DNA of 34,027 bases from a virus (taxonomy: Duplodnaviria; Caudoviricetes): the IMG/VR virus record IMGVR_UViG_3300043394_000085, positions 1-34,027 of that record. One strand, written 5' to 3'. The position numbers and the translations under genes are program-made. This document shows, in pieces, positions 8,211 through 16,198 of the stretch. Within the stretch, counting starts at the first letter, position 1, and each line of letters begins with the position of its first letter. The notes beneath the pieces are model-generated. The model was not told the DNA's origin. It was given only the letters and a program-made list of their open reading frames with translations, and searched no databases.

Positions 8211-8380
8211 CGCTTGCCCTTCATCTTGTCAACCCAGCAGACAGCGCAGTACCAACGCTGCGGACTGGTCTGCACTCCGCCCTCTGGTGGGCGCTTCTCT
8301 TCACAGCGGTGGCACAGCTTAAACGGCTGGCCATTGACTCGGCTGCCGGTCAGACTAACCTGGTGTTTTGCAAAACTCAC
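8207..8380 (-). CDS. Small CxxC...CxxC zinc-ribbon protein (57 aa)
   Basis: Hand translation MSFAKHQVSLTGSRVNGQPFKLCHRCEEKRPPEGGVQTSPQRWYCAVCWVDKMKGKR; GTGA and ATGA overlaps. Confidence 0.7.
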   Translation of the reverse strand: MSFAKHQVSLTGSRVNGQPFKLCHRCEEKRPPEGGVQTSPQRWYCAVCWVDKMKGKR

Positions 8381-8805
8381 TTCAATACCTCATGAACATA
8401 AACCTCAATGCGAGGTTCAAAAGAATAGCTTTTTTCAATGACAAGCCTAATCACTTGCTTGTCGTCCTCATAGACCACGCCATTGAGCGCGTCCAGGACG
8501 GCCTTAGCCACGTTGTCTAAGTCTGGCTTGCCTGGTATCAAATCACCACTGAGCGCCAGCTGCTGCTTGCGCTTTGACCATGATGCTGGGATGCTGTACA
8601 GCGCCACAATGCGCATGCTGATCGGGGTGTAAAGCATTTCAGCCAGGTTGCCCATGGCATACGTTGCCTGCTTGGCGATGAGCTGCTCATACGACAGCGT
8701 CTTGGCGTCGGTGTACATGCGCACAAACCCACCACGGCTGCTTGCCCTTGGCCTGCCCTTGCCGACTGGCTGACCAGGCACAACAAAGAAGATGGCCGCG
8801 CTCAT
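8377..8805 (-). CDS. rusA: RusA-family Holliday junction resolvase
   Basis: PVGKGRPR and the catalytic motif KPDLDNVAKAVLDALNGVVYEDDKQV. Confidence 0.92.
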   Translation of the reverse strand: MSAAIFFVVPGQPVGKGRPRASSRGGFVRMYTDAKTLSYEQLIAKQATYAMGNLAEMLYTPISMRIVALYSIPASWSKRKQQLALSGDLIPGKPDLDNVAKAVLDALNGVVYEDDKQVIRLVIEKSYSFEPRIEVYVHEVLK

Positions 8806-8978
8806 AGCAGGCCAGCCTGGCGCATGTCCTGCACGAATGCCTGGACGTCAGGGCACGGGATGTCGCGCCAGCAGGCAGCATCACCCGTCATGAAGAGCGC
8901 CTCTGTCAGCACGTCCTCCGGGATCGGCTGTCCGTCCTTGGCCATGTCCAAGATCTTTGTGGCTTCCTGGTGGTTCAT
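8802..8978 (-). CDS. Hypothetical protein (58 aa)
   Basis: Hand translation MNHQEATKILDMAKDGQPIPEDVLTEALFMTGD...RQAGLL; ATGA overlaps at both ends. Confidence 0.7.
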   Translation of the reverse strand: MNHQEATKILDMAKDGQPIPEDVLTEALFMTGDAACWRDIPCPDVQAFVQDMRQAGLL

Positions 8979-9166
8979 TGCTTGACTCCAGATAAGAACC
9001 GATCCAGGCGCGGTGTCAGCTGGCCATAGCGAGGCTGCAGCTGGTCACGCACGCACTGGTCGATCAATGATGAAATGCTGCGCCGTTGATCCTCAGCTGC
9101 CTTGTCAAGCAGCAGGCGAGTCTCAGGTCGCAACCTGGTGAGAAATGGTTTGAGTGTGTTTTCCAT
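8975..9166 (-). CDS. Arc/Mnt-like ribbon-helix-helix regulator
   Basis: KPFLTRLRPETRLLLDKAAEDQRRSISSLIDQCVRDQL matches the RHH pattern; first gene of the leftward operon. Confidence 0.8.
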   Translation of the reverse strand: MENTLKPFLTRLRPETRLLLDKAAEDQRRSISSLIDQCVRDQLQPRYGQLTPRLDRFLSGVKQ

Positions 9167-9173
9167 GCGCAAA

Positions 9174-9203
9174 AGTATATCTCTGCAATATCACTTCGCA
9201 CAA
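9174..9203 (-). promoter_or_regulatory. Leftward sigma70-like promoter
   Basis: Minus strand TTGTGC-N18-TATACT; the -10 ends 7 nt before the RHH ATG. Confidence 0.55.
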
Positions 9204-9257
9204 TGGTGTTGCATATTTATTTAAATACTAGGGTAAGTCCTTATGTTTGAGTACTTG

Positions 9258-9285
9258 TTGACCGATATCGGATGTGTGCTAGAAT
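9258..9285 (+). promoter_or_regulatory. Rightward sigma70-like promoter with extended -10
   Basis: TTGACC-N16-TAGAAT with TGn; RBS AAGGAG precedes ATG 9329. Confidence 0.65.
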
Positions 9286-9328
9286 TCTCACATGTTCAAC
9301 GCGCAGATAAAGCGCAAAGGAGTTAAAC

Positions 9329-9523
9329 ATGACACCCACAGCAAAGAAGATTCACGACATTGAGTTGCAGATTGCTCGCATTGAGCACAACTCAGCCAAC
9401 TACATTGGCGGCGACAAAGCCTACTACTCTGGCAACCAGACTTTTTTGAAGCCTGCAGCACAGCGCAAAGTTGACTCTCTCAACAAACAGCTGGACGCAT
9501 TGCTTGACAGCGTGGAGGCTTGA
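9329..9523 (+). CDS. Hypothetical early protein (64 aa)
   Basis: Strong RBS AAGGAG; first ORF after the rightward promoter. Confidence 0.75.
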   Translation: MTPTAKKIHDIELQIARIEHNSANYIGGDKAYYSGNQTFLKPAAQRKVDSLNKQLDALLDSVEA

Positions 9524-9525
9524 TC

Positions 9526-10176
9526 ATGACCAAGTTTGTCGCATACTTCCGAGTCTCTACAGATCGCCAGGGCCAGTCAGGTCTTGGCCTGGATGCACAG
9601 CGCCAAGCTGTTGCGCAGCACGTCGGTGACCAGGAGCTGGTTGCTGAGTTCACAGAGGTCGAGTCTGGTCGCAAGACAGATCGTGTGCAGCTGGCTCAGG
9701 CCATGAGCCTTGCCAAGCGTACAAAGTCTGTCCTGGTGATCGCCAAACTTGATCGCCTGGCACGTAATGTCCACTTTATCTCCGGCCTGCTTGAGTCAGG
9801 CGTTCCATTCGTTTGCGCTGACATGCCAGAAGCTGACCGCACCTTCTTGCAAATGTCTGCTGTGTTTGCTGAGTGGGAAGCACGCAAGATCAGCGAGCGC
9901 ACTAAGGCTGCCCTGGCACAAGCCAAGGCCCGTGGCACACGCCTGGGCTGCCCTACCCCTGCAGCTGGCAGCGCAGCTGGTGTGGCAAGCATCAAGACCA
10001 AGGCAGACGCATACGCTGCACGCATGTTGCCCATGGTGCGCGACATCCAGGCACGCATGGCCACTGCCACACTTCGAGACATTGCTGCCGAGCTCACAGC
10101 TCGCGGCATTGAGACCGCCAGGGGCGGCAATACCTGGCACGCAAGCCAGGTTTCCAACTTGCTCGCAAGAGCTTAA
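9526..10176 (+). CDS. Serine recombinase (resolvase/invertase catalytic domain plus C-terminal helical DNA-binding domain)
   Basis: YFRVSTDRQ (catalytic Ser), ESG, AKLDRLARN, ISERTKAALAQAKARG..LG; C-terminal TLRDIAAELTARGI.T.RGG.W. RBS GGAGG. Confidence 0.93.
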   Translation: MTKFVAYFRVSTDRQGQSGLGLDAQRQAVAQHVGDQELVAEFTEVESGRKTDRVQLAQAMSLAKRTKSVLVIAKLDRLARNVHFISGLLESGVPFVCADMPEADRTFLQMSAVFAEWEARKISERTKAALAQAKARGTRLGCPTPAAGSAAGVASIKTKADAYAARMLPMVRDIQARMATATLRDIAAELTARGIETARGGNTWHASQVSNLLARA

Positions 10177-10190
10177 CCAAGGAGAAAATC

Positions 10191-10283
10191 ATGACGAAAG
10201 AAAAACTGATCGATGCAGCCTATGTGGTTGGCACGTTCCTGGTCTTCGGTGGCTGGGGTGTATTGCTGGCATGGAGGGGCTGA
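10191..10283 (+). CDS. Single-pass membrane peptide (30 aa)
   Basis: Hand translation MTKEKLIDAAYVVGTFLVFGGWGVLLAWRG; RBS AAGGAG. Confidence 0.7.
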   Translation: MTKEKLIDAAYVVGTFLVFGGWGVLLAWRG

Positions 10284-10285
10284 TC

Positions 10286-10444
10286 ATGAACACCAGATTT
10301 TTGAAGCACGTTCGCACCATCTTTGCCACTTACGACGCACCGCCTGCAACGATCCGCTCGTATCAGCGCCAGTGGGTCAAGTCGATCCGTAGGCTTGGCG
10401 ATAACTGGCTGGTGGCCAAACAGATCCAGAGGATCCAATCATGA
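10286..10444 (+). CDS. Small basic hypothetical protein (52 aa)
   Basis: MNTRFLKHVRTIF...YQRQWVKSIRRLGDNWLVAK; RBS GGAGG; ATGA overlap with the next gene. Confidence 0.7.
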   Translation: MNTRFLKHVRTIFATYDAPPATIRSYQRQWVKSIRRLGDNWLVAKQIQRIQS

Positions 10445-10737
10445 AGAGCGCCGGCCGCGACATCAAGCAGCGCCAGCTTGACATCTTTGAGCAGCGAGAC
10501 CACCAGTTCTTGGAGCGCTGCCGTGCTCTGGCTGTGATGCTGTGCAAACAGAATGGCCAAGTGTCAATCAATGACATCAGACAATTCATTGAAGTGCCGT
10601 CAGGCGTTCACCCTTCGGTGCTCGGGGCCGTATTCCGAACCAAACAATTCACGACGGTCGGTTTCACAGAAGCCGTCCATCCTCAAGCACATGCACGGGT
10701 TGTGCGTGTGTATTCACTAGCAGCCACTAAGGAGTAA
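10441..10737 (+). CDS. Hypothetical protein, possibly winged-helix (98 aa)
   Basis: Coupled ORF; VSINDIR...HPSVLGAVF...HARVVRVY. Confidence 0.7.
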   Translation: MKSAGRDIKQRQLDIFEQRDHQFLERCRALAVMLCKQNGQVSINDIRQFIEVPSGVHPSVLGAVFRTKQFTTVGFTEAVHPQAHARVVRVYSLAATKE

Positions 10738-10740
10738 ACC

Positions 10741-11697
10741 ATGGCCGGAAAATTAACAGACGACAAAGCAATGAGCGCCAGCCGCTTGCCAGGACTGATG
10801 GGGTTCAGCAAGTACAGCACGCCCAATGATGAGCTGCAGTTCTCAATCAATGCCATCGATGGCAAAGAGCGACCAGACATTGGCAACGAAGCCATGGGCT
10901 GGGGCAATACCCTGGAGCCGGTGATCTTGGAGCAGGCAGCCAAGCGCCTGGGCATCGAGAAGTTTGACACCCAGATTGACAAAGCATTCACGCATGAGGT
11001 CGTGCCGCTCAGCTGCAGCCTGGATGGCGTTGGCTTTGGTGTTGGCCATGAGATCCACAACGATCCCGACAAGGGCATCTATGTGGTTGGCCAGGACAGC
11101 ATCATCCTAGACGGCCCTGGCGTGCTCGAAGCCAAGCTGACCAAGACCATGCCAGAGGACGTGCCTCACCTGGCGCGTGGCCCGATCCAATTGCAGGGTC
11201 AAATGCTGGTCACTGGCCACAAGTGGGGCGCTGTATGCGTGCTGTACCAGGGCATCGAGCTGCGCGTGTTCCTGTTTGCTCCACACAAAGAGACGCAAGC
11301 AGCCATCGCCCGTGCTGTGCATGACTTCCAGGACAAGCTGGACAAGTACACAAAGACAGCTGAGATCGATTGGTATGCACCGGCCAGCAGCAAAGAGCTC
11401 GACCGCATCTATCCGCAAGCTGCCAACCGTGAAGAGATAGAGCTTGGCCAGACAGTGGCTGAGCTGGCGCGTGGCATCATGGAAAACAAGGCCGCCATCA
11501 GGGCAGCGGAGGCCAGCATCGAGAATGCTGAGAAGTTGATCAAGCAAGAGCTTGGACAATCTGAGCGTGGCCGTGTTGGGCAGTATGTGATCAGCTGGCC
11601 AATGCGCAACTACAAAGCTGCAGCCGAGCGCCTGGTTCCGGCTAAGCCTGCCTACAGCATTCGTCAATCATCACTGACGATCAAGGAGGTCTCTTGA
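10741..11697 (+). CDS. YqaJ/lambda-exonuclease-like recombination exonuclease
   Basis: SASRLPGLMG.S.YSTP, WGNTLEPVI, CSLDG, LEAK, QLQGQM motifs; adjacent to the RecT-like gene. Confidence 0.88.
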   Translation: MAGKLTDDKAMSASRLPGLMGFSKYSTPNDELQFSINAIDGKERPDIGNEAMGWGNTLEPVILEQAAKRLGIEKFDTQIDKAFTHEVVPLSCSLDGVGFGVGHEIHNDPDKGIYVVGQDSIILDGPGVLEAKLTKTMPEDVPHLARGPIQLQGQMLVTGHKWGAVCVLYQGIELRVFLFAPHKETQAAIARAVHDFQDKLDKYTKTAEIDWYAPASSKELDRIYPQAANREEIELGQTVAELARGIMENKAAIRAAEASIENAEKLIKQELGQSERGRVGQYVISWPMRNYKAAAERLVPAKPAYSIRQSSLTIKEVS

Positions 11698-11876
11698 ATT
11701 TACCGAAATATCCAGCCATTTTGCATGCGTATGAGCAGGCCGTCGTCGCTATGCTAAACGCAACAAACGCAACAGAAGATGAAGCCGAAGCGTTTGTCGA
11801 CGCAATGGCCAATTTGATTTTTACCACCATGCAAACTTACGTCGAAGAGGAAAATGATGCAGCTCCAAACCACTAA
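11694..11876 (+). CDS. Small acidic hypothetical protein (60 aa)
   Basis: TTG start with RBS AAGGAGG, overlapping the exonuclease stop. Confidence 0.6.
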   Translation: MNLPKYPAILHAYEQAVVAMLNATNATEDEAEAFVDAMANLIFTTMQTYVEEENDAAPNH

Positions 11877-12876
11877 CCAAAGAGGCTTTGCCCCAACCAC
11901 CATGGGCGAAGCAATGCAGTTCAGCGAAATGCTGGCCAGCTCAAGCATGGTTCCCAAAGCCTACCAGGGCAAGCCCAATGATGTCCTGGTGTGTGTGCAG
12001 TGGGGCTATGAAATGGGCCTGGCACCAATGCAGGCGCTGCAAAACATTGCAGTGATCAATGGCAAGCCGAGTGTGTACGGCGATGCCATGATGGCCCTGG
12101 TGCAGTCCAGCCCAGTGTGCGAGGACATCGAGGAATACTTCGAGGGCGAAGGCACAACCAACCCAGTGGCTGTGTGCGTGGCCAAGCGCAAGGGACGCAA
12201 GCCAGTGATCACCAAGTTCTCTGTCGAAGATGCCAAGCGCGCTGGCCTGTGGGGCAAAGGTGGCCCATGGACTGCGTACCCTAAGCGCATGCTGCAAATG
12301 AGAGCTCGCGGCTTTGCCCTGCGCGACGCATTCCCTGACGTGCTCAAGGGCATGATCACCGCCGAGGAAGCCCAGGACTATCCGGACGAAGCAAAGCCGC
12401 TGCCGGTGGCCAAGCCTGCCAATCCGCTTGACCTGGTGGCTAAGCCAGTCGAGCTGCCAATGGCCGAGCCAGTCGTCATTGAGCCAGAGATTGTCAACGC
12501 TGTGAATGAAGTGCTGCAGACGGTCAACGATCAGATCACCGACGCCGTGACCCAGGTAGAAGCGCCAGCTGTCATCGATGAAGACGACACTGACGTTGAC
12601 TTCGGTATCAGTACGGTCGGCTATGCCCTAATGGTTCCAGGAAAAGACTTGCCACACAGCGTGCACAACACGCTTGACGAATGGGCTGACGCATACGAAG
12701 AGCTGGCTGAGAAAACTGCGAAGGCAGGCAAGCGACCAGCACGCGAGCGCATGACGATCTTGAAGGAGCTCAAGGAGTGCAACCTGGAGACCATTGGCCG
12801 CATTGACACAATGAAACGTGTCAGGCACACGGCCAACTACCAGCGCCGGATCAATGCGCTGGGCGCGGCTCAGTGA
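11857..12876 (+). CDS. RecT/Red-beta-like ssDNA annealing protein
   Basis: VPKAYQGKP...G.EMGL.PMQALQNIAVINGKPS...AKRAGLW...W..YPKRML..RAR.FALRDAFPDVL.G; exo-annealase gene pair. Confidence 0.85.
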   Translation: MQLQTTNQRGFAPTTMGEAMQFSEMLASSSMVPKAYQGKPNDVLVCVQWGYEMGLAPMQALQNIAVINGKPSVYGDAMMALVQSSPVCEDIEEYFEGEGTTNPVAVCVAKRKGRKPVITKFSVEDAKRAGLWGKGGPWTAYPKRMLQMRARGFALRDAFPDVLKGMITAEEAQDYPDEAKPLPVAKPANPLDLVAKPVELPMAEPVVIEPEIVNAVNEVLQTVNDQITDAVTQVEAPAVIDEDDTDVDFGISTVGYALMVPGKDLPHSVHNTLDEWADAYEELAEKTAKAGKRPARERMTILKELKECNLETIGRIDTMKRVRHTANYQRRINALGAAQ

Positions 12877-13491
12877 TCAGGACTTCAAAATCCTGATTGC
12901 CTTTTCAATGTGGTGGATTCGGTCATCCAGGCCGATGAAGCCACCATTGATTTTCTTTGTCAGGGTTTTGTAGTCGCCAGAGTCAGCGTATTGATTGAGT
13001 TTATGTGTCTGCCAAAACCAGCCAGCCGTCATGGATGCATACTTAGGCGTGCGCACCAGCTCAGGCTGCATGACAAAGTCTTCACCGAGCGCTTGGCCAG
13101 CATGGTAGAAGTTGCTGTGACCTGTCAGCTGCAAAAATCCGGATCCCCGGAACCGCCAGCCATCCCCTGATGCCTCGTCCCTGTTGCCCATGCGGTTGCC
13201 GTAGATCCTGTTGGCAATACGCTGTGGCTGCTTCTCATACTCGGCAGCCGACTCAGGCGTGAAACCCCAAGCGCGCTTTGGAGTTAATGGAAACAACTTC
13301 AGCAGCGTGGCAGCGCGGTAGTTCAAGTTCTCTTCCATGATCTTGAAGTTGCCACACTCATGGCCACACTGGCCGATCCAGCATGCCTGCTGCACAACAG
13401 TGACCAGGCCAAAGCGCTCGAAGGTTTCGTTGAATACATCAGCCAGGTTGGGGTTGATATTCAGGCGATTGAGTTGATCACTGTTGACCAT
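12877..13491 (-). CDS. Endolysin, glycoside hydrolase family 19 (chitinase-like)
   Basis: GQCGHECG.F...EENLNY, IANRIYGNRMGN, GDGWRFRG.G.LQLTG..N, TKKINGG..GL.DR. Confidence 0.92.
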   Translation of the reverse strand: MVNSDQLNRLNINPNLADVFNETFERFGLVTVVQQACWIGQCGHECGNFKIMEENLNYRAATLLKLFPLTPKRAWGFTPESAAEYEKQPQRIANRIYGNRMGNRDEASGDGWRFRGSGFLQLTGHSNFYHAGQALGEDFVMQPELVRTPKYASMTAGWFWQTHKLNQYADSGDYKTLTKKINGGFIGLDDRIHHIEKAIRILKS

Positions 13492-13948
13492 TGAGTAGGC
13501 TCCTCACTTCGTTGTAGGCTGCGACGCAGGCGTTGAGCTTGGTGATTGCTTTGTCGCCGTCGGCTGCGATGTCGATAAGAGCTTCAATAGTCTGTCGCTC
13601 AAGTTCGCTTGCATCGGTGTTGCTATTTCCTGGGGCAGGGGTGGGATCTGCGGGGGTTTGTGGACAACTTGGGGCTGGGAGGCGCAGCCGACCAGTCCGA
13701 GCAAGCTCATGCATAGCAGACTGCTTTTTCTTGACTTCATCTTGGGCCTTTCTAAGTTTGGTTTCCTGGTATTGCAGCTTGTCTCCAAGCTCTTGCTCTT
13801 TCTTGCGAGACTCTTCATTCTTTTTGGCGATGGCCAGCTTCATGTCATTGTCGCGCTCAATCCAGCCGTAATGGTGGCCGACTCGGTATGTGCCAAACAA
13901 CGACACCAGGACACCGACGATCAGCCAGGGCAGTGGTATTGGTAGCAT
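13478..13948 (-). CDS. Rz-like inner-membrane spanin
   Basis: N-terminal TM helix, long coiled coil, C-terminal GD.AI.KLNAC..Y; contains a nested lipoprotein gene. Confidence 0.85.
   Translation of the reverse strand: MLPIPLPWLIVGVLVSLFGTYRVGHHYGWIERDNDMKLAIAKKNEESRKKEQELGDKLQYQETKLRKAQDEVKKKQSAMHELARTGRLRLPAPSCPQTPADPTPAPGNSNTDASELERQTIEALIDIAADGDKAITKLNACVAAYNEVRSLLNGQQ
13504..13740 (-). CDS. Rz1-like outer-membrane spanin lipoprotein (nested)
   Basis: MKSRKSSLLCMSLLGLVGC lipobox followed by a Pro-rich segment, entirely within the Rz-like gene in another frame. Confidence 0.82.
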   Translation of the reverse strand: MKSRKSSLLCMSLLGLVGCASQPQVVHKPPQIPPLPQEIATPMQANLSDRLLKLLSTSQPTATKQSPSSTPASQPTTK

Positions 13949-14475
13949 CAGTCAGCCTCCTTGCGCGCAGCTGCGATCTCTTCGCGGTCTTCGTCCGGCT
14001 CCATGTGCTCTGGTGGTGTGGTTGGTGGTGGGCCTGGCGTCCAGGACTCATCGAGCTCTGGGTTTTTCCAGACCGGCATCGCACCAAACGGCTGGCTTGG
14101 CAGGCCATAAGCAGACTGCGGTGGTGCATAGCTTGAGTTGTGCTGCTGGCCATACTGCATGGGCTGACACATAGGCTGCATTGGTGGCTGCGGTGTCTGC
14201 ATGCCAAAAGCCTTGGAGGCCGAGCCAACAGCGCGCTTGGTCATCACGCCACCGATGCCACCAACAATCAGCAAAACAATGTCGTTCAGCATCTTGGTGT
14301 ATGCCTGGTCAATGGGGGCCATTGACTTGATCGGCTGCGTGACAAAGGTCACAGAGTACAGCAGGGCAATGACAATGAAGCAAAGGATCAACGTGACGAC
14401 GACGACAACGAAGCCCCAGATCCTGACTTCAAATTCGTCAGGGGTTAGCTTTGGTTTCTGCTGCTGGTTGGACAT
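13948..14475 (-). CDS. Two-TM membrane protein with Pro/Gln-rich tail (lysis region)
   Basis: Two hydrophobic helices (IWGFVVVVVTLILCFIVIALLY; IVLLIVGGIGGVM). Confidence 0.75.
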   Translation of the reverse strand: MSNQQQKPKLTPDEFEVRIWGFVVVVVTLILCFIVIALLYSVTFVTQPIKSMAPIDQAYTKMLNDIVLLIVGGIGGVMTKRAVGSASKAFGMQTPQPPMQPMCQPMQYGQQHNSSYAPPQSAYGLPSQPFGAMPVWKNPELDESWTPGPPPTTPPEHMEPDEDREEIAAARKEAD

Positions 14476-14647
14476 CGTTCACCTTCTTTTCAAGTATTGG
14501 CGCGACCAGGTATTCTGGGCACTGCTGTGTGAATAAACACTTCGGCTTCTGACACTCTTCGGCATGGAAGTGATCAGGGTTTTGGCACTTGTATCGGTAG
14601 CGATCCTCGCAGCCAGCCAGCAATAAAAGCAAAAGCAAATATTTCAT
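14438..14647 (-). CDS. Cys-rich small lipoprotein
   Basis: MKYLLLLLLLAGC lipobox plus four further Cys. Confidence 0.8.
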   Translation of the reverse strand: MKYLLLLLLLAGCEDRYRYKCQNPDHFHAEECQKPKCLFTQQCPEYLVAPILEKKVNDVQPAAETKANP

Positions 14648-14793
14648 AGTCCAATTTTCCCCAGCAGTAGCGCCACTATCTTGTCGGACAAGGAGTCAGG
14701 AAGGAAGCGAAGGAATCCCAGGAACCACCAGGCAGCGCAGCCATAGCAGAACACCTTGCAAAACAGATTGAATTGTTTTTGATATTCATTCAT
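14644..14793 (-). CDS. Small membrane protein (49 aa)
   Basis: Hand translation MNEYQKQFNLFCKVFCYGCAAWWFLGFLRFLPDSLSDKIVALLLGKIGL; ATGA overlaps at both ends. Confidence 0.7.
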   Translation of the reverse strand: MNEYQKQFNLFCKVFCYGCAAWWFLGFLRFLPDSLSDKIVALLLGKIGL

Positions 14794-15293
14794 CGACCGC
14801 AGCGTTTAGTCGTTGCACAGAATTCCATCAACTCATTGACGCCGATACCAACGAGAAGCAGAACGAACGCTATCCCGCCTATCAACATAGCCATCTCCAA
14901 CTGCTCTTGCTCGGCTTGTTTGGCTTTTTTTTCCTCGGCTTTTAGTGCGCTAATCTCTTTAGCGTCTGCCAAATCCATCTCAGCTTGACGAGCCTTAATC
15001 TTGTTCCAGACGTCAATCTTGCCAGTCTGCATGAAGAGCATCTTGAGTTCCTCTTCAAACGCTCTGGCTTGCTCAAGAGCCATCTCAATCTGAAGTGCAG
15101 TACCCATGTTGCTACCCTTCTTATCACGCTTGGCTTGAAGCATGGCTTTGGTAGCAGCACTCTTGGCATTGAACATCTGGCCTAGCATCGGAGCTAGACC
15201 ACCTAAATCATTGGCTACCTTACTAGCCTTTTTCACCATCCCTATGGCTTTTTGCAAACCATCGAGTGCTGCTATCGGGTCTAATGGAATCAT
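14790..15293 (-). CDS. Coiled-coil protein with C-terminal TM helix
   Basis: 167 aa; C-terminal MAMLIGGIAFVLLLVGIGV. Confidence 0.75.
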   Translation of the reverse strand: MIPLDPIAALDGLQKAIGMVKKASKVANDLGGLAPMLGQMFNAKSAATKAMLQAKRDKKGSNMGTALQIEMALEQARAFEEELKMLFMQTGKIDVWNKIKARQAEMDLADAKEISALKAEEKKAKQAEQEQLEMAMLIGGIAFVLLLVGIGVNELMEFCATTKRCGR

Positions 15294-15409
15294 TTTCTTT
15301 CAACCTTTTTCCATTCAATACAGTAGGTTTTTCTGTTGTACACATCGCCAACCCAAACCCACTTAATACACCTGTATTCAATAGATACAGCCAAAATCAA
15401 GGAAAGCAC
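15290..15409 (-). CDS. Small Trp/Cys protein (39 aa)
   Basis: Hand translation (GTG start) MLSLILAVSIEYRCIKWVWVGDVYNRKTYCIEWKKVERK; ATGA overlap with the next gene. Start uncertain. Confidence 0.55.
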   Translation of the reverse strand: MLSLILAVSIEYRCIKWVWVGDVYNRKTYCIEWKKVERK

Positions 15410-15489
15410 AACAGAATCATGTATGTGCAAAAAATAACAAAGCAAGTGACACAGGCTGCTGCAATAAATGCCTCAGCCCAGTCCATCAT
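15397..15489 (-). CDS. Single-TM peptide (30 aa)
   Basis: Hand translation MMDWAEAFIAAACVTCFVIFCTYMILLCFP; overlaps the holin stop. Confidence 0.55.
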   Translation of the reverse strand: MMDWAEAFIAAACVTCFVIFCTYMILLCFP

Positions 15490-15695
15490 TCCTGTTCATC
15501 AGCTTTAGCCGATGCCCTAGCAATTTTCAAGTGTTGATGCTTGAAGTAGATGTTAACCAACAAGCCACACAAAGCAATGACAACACCAGACACAGCAGCA
15601 AACTCATTAGCTGTTAAACCAAAGATGACTGCTGCACTAGAGCCACCATAAGTAGCTGCTGATGCTATTTTTGTTGATACTGCTTCGTTTGTCAT
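15486..15695 (-). CDS. Holin (HP1/phage 21-like small holin)
   Basis: ASAATYGGS.AAVIFGLT.NEFAA..GVVIAL.GLLVNIYFK, followed by a charged C-terminus. Confidence 0.8.
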   Translation of the reverse strand: MTNEAVSTKIASAATYGGSSAAVIFGLTANEFAAVSGVVIALCGLLVNIYFKHQHLKIARASAKADEQE

Positions 15696-16189
15696 GGCTT
15701 CTCAGGATATGTAATAGTCCAAGGGAAACCTTCTTGCGCTGTAACATCACGCAAGGCTTGACGATATGTAGCCCATACTGTCTTATCAACAGGAGCATCA
15801 TCTACTTGTGTCCAGTCACACTCAGCTAACTTCTCATCACGAGTAGCACGAACACTCTTAGCCTGTTCAGCATCTTTAATAGCTTTGTAAGCGGCTTCTT
15901 GTTCAGCAGCAGTAGTAGTTACACCATCTACCACTTGGTCTAAGAAGACAGGGCCTAAGATGTACTTTGTATACCACTTACCATCTACTTGCTCAACACC
16001 AGAGGCTTGAGAGTATTGGTAAACAGTACCACCTGTAGCTTGTGGGCCTTCAAAGACTACATCAGCACCCAAAGCCTCTAAGACTTCAGTTGTTGTTGTC
16101 TCCCATGATGGGCCACCATTGGCTTTGATGTGTGTACGAAATTCTGCTTCGTACATTACTGCCCCTGTTTCTCTGATTCTGATTTGCAT
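15692..16189 (-). CDS. Tail fibre assembly chaperone-like protein
   Basis: C-terminal R..RD.KLAECDWTQ..DAP....WATYRQALRD.T.Q.GFP....P.KP. Confidence 0.85.
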   Translation of the reverse strand: MQIRIRETGAVMYEAEFRTHIKANGGPSWETTTTEVLEALGADVVFEGPQATGGTVYQYSQASGVEQVDGKWYTKYILGPVFLDQVVDGVTTTAAEQEAAYKAIKDAEQAKSVRATRDEKLAECDWTQVDDAPVDKTVWATYRQALRDVTAQEGFPWTITYPEKP

Positions 16190-16198
16190 GATGTTCCT

